NCBI GenBank assembly: GCA_047967505.1
Contig: CM106538.1
DNA from: Dipteris shenzhenensis
Taxonomy: Eukaryota
Reading direction: 5' to 3' (one strand)
Length of the DNA: 64,000 bases
Part shown: in pieces, positions 52,801 through 61,555 of the stretch
Numbering within the stretch: position 1 is the first letter of the stretch
How the letters are laid out: each line of letters opens with the position of its first letter
Notes under the pieces: generated by a model
The model's database searches: none
The model's input: the letters and a program-made list of their open reading frames with translations, nothing else
What the model was told of the DNA's origin: nothing
Program-made: the position numbers and the translations under genes

Positions 52801-53024
52801 GGGGGCCAGCTGGCCCCCAGGCTCTAGCAAGAATAAGGGGTTCCCACACAATCACCCTTCTACCATCAACAGTCTCATTGATAGACCTCATCTGACATGC
52901 AAGTTAGGATCCATCCAGTGTCCCAGGCTCACACATGGCTTCTCCTCATATGGGGGCCTTACAACTTGAGCACCTTGGACCACTAGTGGTTACCAGGAGG
53001 GTAGGGCATTGAGCATATCTAACA
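49877..53024 (-). mobile_element. Internally deleted Copia (5' LTR, PBS, gag, protease, partial integrase, partial 3' LTR) with TSD
   Basis: 5' LTR 52299-53024; PBS TGGTATCAGAGC at 52298-52287; KLDGTNYTLWK, CFYCKKKNHMIADC, WVLDSGGSHHMT; LTR 3' part at 49877-50100; TSD GATGC at 49872-49876 and 53025-53029; RT/RNase H absent. Confidence 0.93.
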
Positions 53025-54257
53025 GATGCTACTTCTCCCCAAGCAATGAAAGATCTCTTGAAGATCTTCTATGGGCATATGATGTCCTTAGTCATCGTGT
53101 ACAGATGGAATCCACGTGATGTTGTAGTCGAGGCTACCAAAGGCTTTACTGGTGTTCTCAGTAATTGGTGGGAGTTCCTCTCTAATGAATCTAGAGTAGA
53201 TCTTTTCGAGTCTTGACGGTTATCATCAACCCAATGCGCCTAATGCCTTCAAAAGAAGCTATCTTCTACTCAAATGCTGGAAGAGGTAGAGGCAGAGGTA
53301 GAGCAGGCCGATTTGGAGGCCATGGCAGAAATTAGAATATGTAGCAAATTCAAGAAAACTAGTCCTATGGATGAGGGCGTGGTAACCTTAGAGGTAGGGG
53401 GAGCCAAAGAGGTCATGGTGGATGGCAGAGAGGCCAAAATGCAAACAACAATGTTGAATGCTACTACTATGGTAAAGATTGCTCCGAAAAGCTGCGCAAC
53501 TCCCAACACAACCAGCTCAAAGGATTTCTCTCTTCTGTTGCGGATCCAGACTAATGGGAAGTTGTATCCCAAATTGAGTCTAGAGAATCAATGCTTCAAT
53601 GTTCAAAATCTGATACTCTACAATGTTTTGCTTGTCAGCTAGATGATTCCAATGACTATTCCCGCATGGTAAGGTCCGATGAGGATGATCCCCAAATTTA
53701 CAGCTTGATGAATCACCCTCATCATCGAGATCCCTTCCACATTGATATTGAGATATATTTGACCAGCTCCAGTGATACTCCTATTGAGCAGCCTCTCCCA
53801 TGACCCTGTCCAAAGGCTCTTTCTCACGGCTCCATGAGACGCGGCCATGGCAAAGGAAGAGGGTTTAGCCGTGATCTCTAAACTTTAGAAGAGCTCTCTT
53901 AATACTCTTTAGAATCTCCCACTTACCTCAATCCACCTTCCATCTAGTATTCAGGCCCTTCTGTTTTCAAACCAACCCATTCTATACATACACCAAATCC
54001 ACCATCCAGTTATCTTCCTCCACCCTTCTGGTGTGCTCCTATCTCCACCATCTTAGCACCTGCTCCTCCTCTCTAGCCAATAGTCCCTAATAATCATCCT
54101 ATTCCAAAGCTTGAGATATCTCCTTTTCAATGTCCTTCCTACTCTACGATCAATTCAAAAGTCTCAGCATCAACATCGAAGGACTGAAAATCCATCTTAC
54201 TATAATCAAGGAGAATTGTACAAAGCTCTAGTCATCAATAGACTTTCTTGATCGAAA

Positions 54258-56538
54258 GTGGTAGAGCACCTCACACAATGTAAAGAAGCAGGCCCATCTA
54301 CTCATTCTATCCCTTCTACTAGTGCTTTCTACCTCCATGACTTCTTTACCCAACCTGCTTCTCTAGTTCGCAATCCTATGAAAACTTGGTTAATCAATGT
54401 ACAGCCACATTTTCCGGATGTTTCTCCTTATTTACTAATTGCTCTTATATATACTGGATCTGGATTCAATATTTGTAAATATAGAGCACTTCCACAGTCA
54501 TGTTGGAATGAATTACCATCACGTGACCAAATGCATGGATCTTTTATGGGCGGTGGAGTAATAGCCTGCAAGCACATTGCTCTTGGCATTCCTATTTCTC
54601 TTGGAGGCCAATCTACCACCATCAACTTCTACCAACTAAATTCTCAAGGAGTTGATATGGTTATAGGTAATGATTTCCTTAATCATCATCTTCCCTTTGG
54701 GTTCTCTGCTATGGAAATGGTCCTCACCATCAAAGGGATTCTAGTATGCCTTCCAGCCCGTGAACAGCTCAAGAAGGTACTCAAGCCTCTGTCAGATGAT
54801 TTATAAATTGTTCACCAATGTTCATCTCCTTTCTCCCTTGACTATATTAGTTCCCCTCTTGAATATGTTGATACTCCTACACCTTCTCCTGCTCCTTCTG
54901 ATCCTTTCAGCCCTCTTATTGATGATGCACAAAGGCCCCTCATAGGTTTTGAACTTGATGACTACATCCAAAGGCTTATCGAAGAAAATCAAAAGAAGAG
55001 TCTGAGAACTTCCCAACATACTCTACTCATGCTATCCTCCTTATCTCCTCTCTCCCTCCCTTTCTTCTATAATGTGTGGCAGCAACACACACACACTGAG
55101 AGATGCATCAGAAATTTATCCAAGACTGCAACAACAGTGAATCCCCTTTGGCCTTCAAAGAGATATTTCAACATTAGGTATGACTTCCCCTAAAAGAGAA
55201 TTCAAAGCCTTTCAAGGAAAGCCCTTATGGGTTCACTTAGGAAGATTGTATCCTTTGCAATCAAGAGATAAAGGAATTGCTAGATATGGGTTTGATTTCT
55301 CACTCTTGCTCTGAATGGGTTGCAGCTGCCTTCTATGTCAATAAGCATTCTGAACAAAAACATGGTAAGAAGAGGTTGGTAATCAACTATAAACCTCTCA
55401 ATAAATGTCTGGTATCTGTATCTTACCCTATCCCCAACAAGGAGTATTTGATGAAAAAGATTACAAGATCCACGATCTTCTCCAAGTTTGACCTTAAAGC
55501 AAGTTTCTAGCAAGTTGGCCTGATCCCAGAAGACCGCCATAAAACTGGTTTTGTTGTTCCTCAAGGTTTCTACCAATCGAATGTTCTCCCCTTTGGTCAA
55601 AATACTGCTCCAGTCAAGTTTCAAAGATTTATGGATTCTATTTTTGGATCCCACCATGAATTCTGCTTAGTTTATATTGATGACATCTTGGTATATATTA
55701 AGGATGTTGCTTCACATCTACAGCATCTAACCATTGTTTACAATTTGATCAAAGCAAAAGGCTTTTCCCTTTTTACCAAGAAGATCATTATTGGCCAAGA
55801 AAGCATTGAATTCCTTGGCATCCATATCCACAAAGGTAAACTCCAAATGCAAGATCATGTGCTAAAAGCTCTTATGGCTTTTCTTGATGAGATCCGAGAT
55901 CGTACTCAGCTCCAATGTTTCCTTGGTTGCCTAAACCACCTATCTTCTTTCTATGAGCAATTAGCATGAGATAGATATGCTCTTCAACTTTGTCTCCGAA
56001 AGAATGGTCAACCTTGGAGCAATCTACAAACCCAAGCTATACAACACATCAAGGAACGTGTCCAGCACCTACCAACTCTTAGCATTCCTCCAAACATGGT
56101 CTTCTAATAATTGAGACAGATGCTTCTGACAATTTTTGGGGTGTTGTTCTCCTTGAAAGGACCTCTGCCCAAGAAAGAATATGTGCCTTCCAGTCCAGCA
56201 CCTTCCAAGGAGCAGAACAAAACTATCTTTCCATTCAAAAGGAAATACTGGCGGTCAAAAGAGCAATCCAAAAATTGGAACTCTTCATTGTAAAGAAAAC
56301 TTTTATTATTCGTACTGATAATCAGAATTTCAAAACATTATGCACCCACAAGATAGATAAGCAAATCGACCGAGGTCATTTGGCCCGCTGGCAAGAATTC
56401 TTCACCATGTACGACTTCACGATCGAATGGAAATGCACCTCCAATGTCCTTTGTGATATGTTATCATGTGAAGGTGTGACCTACTGGCAAGAAAGAAATG
56501 GTGGACTCCTCCTACCCACTAGTAATGGCCCTGGATAA
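54258..56538 (+). pseudogene. Caulimovirid pol: aspartic protease, reverse transcriptase, RNase H
   Basis: ALIYTGS (DTG decayed)..MVIGNDFL; KKRLVINYKPLN; LVYIDDILVY; IIETDAS..KEILAVKRAIQK..IRTDNQN..LARWQ; stop at 56538; no integrase follows. Confidence 0.93.
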
Positions 56539-56559
56539 GAATAATGTCGTGTCATGGTA

Positions 56560-56800
56560 ACTAGACACTACTTGATGTCCCAGGTAAGACCTTCACCTCG
56601 TGACATGTACATAAGCTTCCTACGATGATTAGACACTGCTTGATGTCCTAGATAAGACCTTCACCTTTAAGTCATGTCACCTTTTGGACAGTTCATGTAC
56701 AAAAGATTCCCACACTAAGGAAGTGGAAGACAACTAGCCATCTACCAAGAAGTTGGATACAGCTAGCCACTAACTCTCCCTTCTATATAAGAGCAGTCCT
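56560..56800 (+). promoter_or_regulatory. Putative viral pregenomic-RNA promoter
   Basis: Two ~36-bp direct repeats (56563-56598, 56631-56666) and CTATATAAG at 56783-56791, about 400 bp upstream of the PBS position; conserved in copy D (TATA at 57807-57801). Confidence 0.65.
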
Positions 56801-57190
56801 TAGTCTTGCAATATGCTTCCGAGCTTCAAGCTCTCTTGCAACCTTGCTTTTCCTTAAGTTTATGTCTCCAGTTCTCTTCGTTCTTTAGCTTTTGCTTCTT
56901 GACTTACCTTTGCTTCGCCCCTTTGTCTCCTTCCCCCATGCCTATTAGTTATTACTTTTTCACCATCACCTATGAGATTTTCTTTGCTATAGATGCTTCC
57001 TCTTCTCTTCTGTGCACTTCCCATCCTACTGCTTTATCCCATTTACATTTGCATGATCCATGCATCATCTCCCCATTTCATGTTCTCCCTTGCTCTCGGT
57101 ATCCTTGTTGGCTCCTGTTCCTCAACTATCTAACCCTCTGCTGCCCTTTTGCTCCTCTTTGGTTCTTTCCTGCATCCTGCTCCTCTTTTG

Positions 57191-57256
57191 AACCCTAAAC
57201 CCTAAACTCTAAACCTTGAACCTTAACCCTTAAACCCTAACCCTAATTCCTAAACC
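57191..57256 (-). repeat. Interstitial telomeric repeat (CCCTAAA on plus), degenerate
   Basis: AACCCTAAACCCTAAACTCTAAACCTTGAACC...CCTAAACC between tail-to-tail virus copies C and D. Confidence 0.95.
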
Positions 57257-58920
57257 CATTGGATACTTTAATAATTTCCTCACGCAGTTAGCTCAACCTC
57301 ACACACCTCTCTCTGGGCTTCAATGGGAGCACTTCAACAATATTAAAGAATGAACAAGGCTTTGATACCAAAAGAGGAGCAGGATGCAGGAAAGAACAAA
57401 AGAGGAGCAAAAGGGCAGCAGAGGGTTAGATAGCTAAGGAACGAGAGCCAACAAGGATACTGAAAGGAAGGGAGAACACAAAATGGGGAGATGATGCATG
57501 GATCATGCAAATGTAAACGGGATAAGCGGTAGAAGGGGAAGTGCACAAAAGGGAAGAGGAAGCATCTGTAGCAAAGAAAAGATCGTAGGTGATGGTGAAG
57601 AATTAATAACTAACAGGCATGGGAGAAGGAGACAGAAGGGCGAAGCGAAGGTAAGTCATGAAGCGAAAGCTAAAGAATGAAGAGAACTGGAGACATAAAC
57701 TTAAGGAAAGGCAAGGTTGCAAGGAAGCTAGAAGCTCGAAAGTATATTGCAAGACTAAAGACTCATACAAGCTCTGCCTTCTACTGAGCCAAGGGTGCTC
57801 TTATATAGAAGGGAGAGTTAGTGGCCAGCTATATCCCACTTTTCAGTGGATGGCTAGCTGTCTTCCACTTCCTTAGTGCGGGAATCTTTTTTACATGAAG
57901 TGACCCAAAGGTGACATGACTTAAAGGTGAAGGTCTTACCTGGGACATCATGCAGTGTCTAATCACCATAGGAATCTTATGTACATGTTGTCACAAGGTG
58001 AAGGTCTTACTTGGGACATCAAGCAGTGTCTAGTCACCGTGACAAGACATTATTCTTATCCAGGGCCATTATCGGTGGGTAGGATGAGTCCACCATTTCT
58101 TTCTTGCCAATAGGTCACACCTTCATGTGATAACATATCTAGAAGGACATTGGAGGTGCCTTTCTTCCATTCAACTGTGAAGTTGTACATGGTGAAGAAT
58201 TATTGCCAATGGGCCAGACAACCTCGGCCGATTTGCTTATCTATCTTGTGGGTGCAAAATGTTTTGAAATTATGATTATCAATGCAAATAATAGAAGTTT
58301 TATTTACAATGAAGAGTTCCAATTTTTGGATTGCTCTTTTGACCGCCAGTATTTCCTTTTAAATGGAGTGATAGTTTTGTTTTGCTCCTTGGAAGGTGCC
58401 AGACCCAAAAGGCACATATTCTTTCTTGGGCAGAGGTCCTTTCAAGGAGGACAACACCCCAAAAATTGTTAGAGGCATCTGTCTCAATTATTAGAAGACC
58501 ATGTTCGGAGGGAATGCTAAGAGTTGGTAGGTGCTGGACATGTTCCTTGATGTTTTGTACAGCTTGGGTTTGTAGATCGCGTTCCAAGGTTTACCATTCT
58601 TTCGGAGACAAAGTTGAAGAGCATATCTATCTCGTGCTAGTTGCTCATAGAAAGAAGACAAGTGGTTTAGGCAACCAAGGAAACATTAGAGCTGAGTACG
58701 ATCCCGGATCTTATCAGGCAAAAACATAAGAGCTTTTAGCACATGATCTTATATTTGGAGTTTACATCTGTGGATATGGACACTAAGGAATTCAATGCTT
58801 TCTTGGCCAATAATGATCTTCTTGGCGGAAAGGGCTAAGCCTTTTGCATTGATCAAATTGTAAACAATGGTTAGATGTTGTAGATGTGAAGCAACATCCT
58901 TACTATATACCAAGATGTCA
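57257..58920 (-). mobile_element. Endogenous caulimovirid copy D: RT C-half, RNase H, intergenic region, PBS, up to the ORF1 ATG
   Basis: DILVYSKDVASHLQHL, LLIIETDASNNFWGVVLLE; reverse complement of about 55680-57190, continuing through the PBS to ATG at 57259. Confidence 0.92.
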
Positions 58921-58979
58921 TACCAATCTTCGAAATGTCCATCCCTAGCTCCTGCGAGCCCTCCTCCCCTCTCCGTAGC

Positions 58980-59450
58980 CTCTACCTCCCTACCTTCCTC
59001 CGCCTCACCTACGCTCTTGCCTCGTGCCCCTCGCCCCTCACCCTCGCCCCTCACCCTCGCCTTGCGCCCCTCGCCCTCGCCTCGTGCCCCTTGCCCCTCG
59101 CCTTGCCTTCGCCATCATGCCCTCGCCTCGCTCCTCGCCCCTCGCCCCTCGCCACCACGCCTCACCTCCGCCCTCCACCCTCGCCTCCGTCGCCGCCCTT
59201 CGCCCTCGCCTTCGACCTCCGCCCTCTGCCCTCGCCTTTGACCTCCGCCCCTCCGCCCTCTGCCTTCCGCCCTCCACCCTCGCCCCGACCTCCACCCTCG
59301 CCTTCGACCTCTGCCCTCCGCCCTTGCCTCGCCATGCCCTCACCTCGCCCCCTCGCCCTATACCTGCCGCCTTGTCTCACCCTGCCATTGCCTCCTCTTC
59401 CTCTGCCCCGCCTCGCTTTGCCTCGCCTTATCCTCCTCCGTCACACCCAA
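58980..59450 (+). repeat. Degenerate (CCCTCG)n-type low-complexity array in the LINE 5' UTR
   Basis: Repeated CCCTCGCC / CCTCCGCC motifs. Confidence 0.85.
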
Positions 59451-59531
59451 GCTCCATCCCTCATCTATCTCCCCCCCTTTTTTGGTGGCAGCCTCTTCCT
59501 CATCGGAGGTCTCGCAGTTTGTCTTAGCGGT

Positions 59532-61423
59532 ATGGCAGCTCCCTGCCCGGAACCGGAGGCCCAGCTGGACCCTCCCTCTCCAGATGCCTACAGCGTGATC
59601 TTGACAGAGCAATAGTCGTGTCGGGTACAACAAGTTGCCAATGACTTTGCCCTCACTTCAGTTTATGGCAGAGTCATTGGACACTCTCCCTCCAAACCAG
59701 CCATCAGGGATTGGCTTCAATCCACTCTTATGCTAGAGGACAGCCACATCGAGGAGGTGGCCCTTATGGGAAGGGGCATCTTCTGACTTAAACTCTCCAC
59801 TGTGAAAGCTACGAGCAACCTGATTACTGGTTCCCCCACATCTGTGGATGGAAAGATCATCATGATAGTCCCTTGGTACCGAGGATTCAGCACAGTGGAC
59901 TTTGATGCTCGTTTTCGCATACTTCGCCACCCAGTGACGCTAGTCTTTCTAGGTCTTGCTGCTGAGTTGCAGCCGATAGTCAGGGACCTAGGTTCCCACT
60001 TTGGCTGGGTGATGCATGACACTTTCGTCGATGCGGTTGCTGCGGCAGGAGCTCCCAGAGTCCGTGTGGCTGTGGCAGACCCTGCGTCCCTCCCTTCAGT
60101 GATTGAGATCGTGACAGATGCTGGCAGCATTACTCAGAGCATGGTAGTCATAGGACAGCTAGGCCAGTGCCTGAGGTGTCACGGCTTTGGGCACCTGGCT
60201 GCTGCTTGTCCACGCTTCTCCAACTCCTCTTGGCCCCCCCCGCCCCCCCCACAGCCCCCTCCCCCTCCCTCCGGGCAGCCACGTCAAGAAGAGTAGAGGC
60301 AGCCGGCCAGAGGTGGCTGGTGGCTGGACCGAGGTCAGAAGAAAAAGAGGAAAGAATAAGAAGACTTCTGACAAAGGCAAGGAGGCAGAGGTTACCCAAC
60401 CTGCAGCAGCGCCTCAGAGACCTGACAGGCAGCCGCCCCAGGGTCTTGCGAGAGCTTCTTCTTCGTCTGTAGCCCGCCCTCTGCAGCCTCAGGTCCCCCT
60501 CTCTTTCGATCCCCAGCTCCCTTCCACTCAGCCCCAGCCCCTACCCCAGCCGCAGCCCCCTTTTCCCGACCCGCAACATCAACCCCCGCCTCTTCCTCTT
60601 CAGCCCCCTCCTCTTCCTCTTCAGCCCTCGTCCCAGCCCCATCCCTCCTCCCCCGCCCCTCTCAGCTCTTCCGCAGTGTTAGCTGCACCAGTGGTTCCTC
60701 AGCCGCGTGCAGCCCCCACTCCCCCTCCTCCGCCCCCCCCGCTAGTCGCATCCGTGGAGTCTGAGTTGCCTACCCCTCAGCCTCCTTCCCCTTCCCCACC
60801 CCAGGCAGGGCACCCCGAGACTGCACCACCCCTGGAGCAGTCTTCCTTGTATGCTAGCCCGACCCCCTCAGTGCAGACTCTGGCGGGCCTTAGCTCCAGG
60901 AGAGAGAGCTTCCTCGCAACTTCTACAGGTCCGGTCCCTGGGATTACTTGGATGTGGCCGACCTCGGGACCTTCCCAGCTTGCCTCGACATCAGTATCTT
61001 CTTGTTCCATAAACGGGCGGATGGGAAGATCGCAGCCTTGGCCCCGAGGGATGGCCCTAGCTTTGCTTTCACTTTTCTCAGCGACGGCATTGAGATTTGG
61101 ACAGACGACTCAGTCTGGGAGGCTCTCAGAGAGCAGACGCACACTCAGATTTGCTCCTGGATAGGCCCGTCGGGTGGATAGCTTCTCGAGACTCAGTGGT
61201 CCGAGGGTGACGTGCGCTTGTAGTGGCATTGCGCCAAGCATTTCAGATTGATTGTGATCCTCAGGCCCCCTCTGTCATGGCCCCTCCCCCAGGATGTCAG
61301 AGCCTGGACTCCTCAGAAACTTCGCGCCTTCTACGAGATGACTACCTCAGAGATCTCGAGAAAGCATTTGTCCATGGCACCAAAGGCCTCACGCCTTTGC
61401 TAAAAGTTTTGAAGAACGGGTAG
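59532..61423 (+). pseudogene. LINE ORF1 (gag-like, CCHC knuckle, Pro-rich linker)
   Basis: ATG at 59532; MIVPWYRGF; CLRCHGFGHLAAAC; interrupted by stops and frameshifts. Confidence 0.75.
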
Positions 61424-61555
61424 GATGACCCCGCCTCCCCCTCCAAACCCTCACAAAAGCGTCAGCGCCTTCATTCCGAAATACTAGCCTCTTCATCGAC
61501 CTCAGCCACGAGCAGCCACGAGCAGACAGTTGTTCGCAGCCTACCAGTCCTCATC

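Larger units (their letters stand above)
49231..57190 (+). mobile_element. Endogenous caulimovirid copy C: Pro-rich linker, partial CP, AP, RT, RNase H, intergenic region up to the PBS; interrupted by Copia
   Basis: Homologous to copy A on both sides of the Copia (ILNIDA|TSPQAMKDLLKIFY); ends at TG, the first two PBS bases. Confidence 0.92.

Noticed and set aside
54130-54260. Separate viral ORF2 starting MSFLLYDQFK in copy C
   Set aside because: Copy B reads through this point in one frame (PKLEICPSQRPSCYDQFK), so a copy-specific indel is the simpler explanation; needs a consensus to settle.
54258-56538. Gypsy retrotransposon pol
   Set aside because: No integrase or LTRs, linked to a 30K movement protein, and RT motifs are caulimovirid-like.
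58867-59633. Long Pro/Arg/Gly-rich ORFs on both strands
   Set aside because: Products of the low-complexity C-rich LINE 5' UTR, which lacks stop codons.
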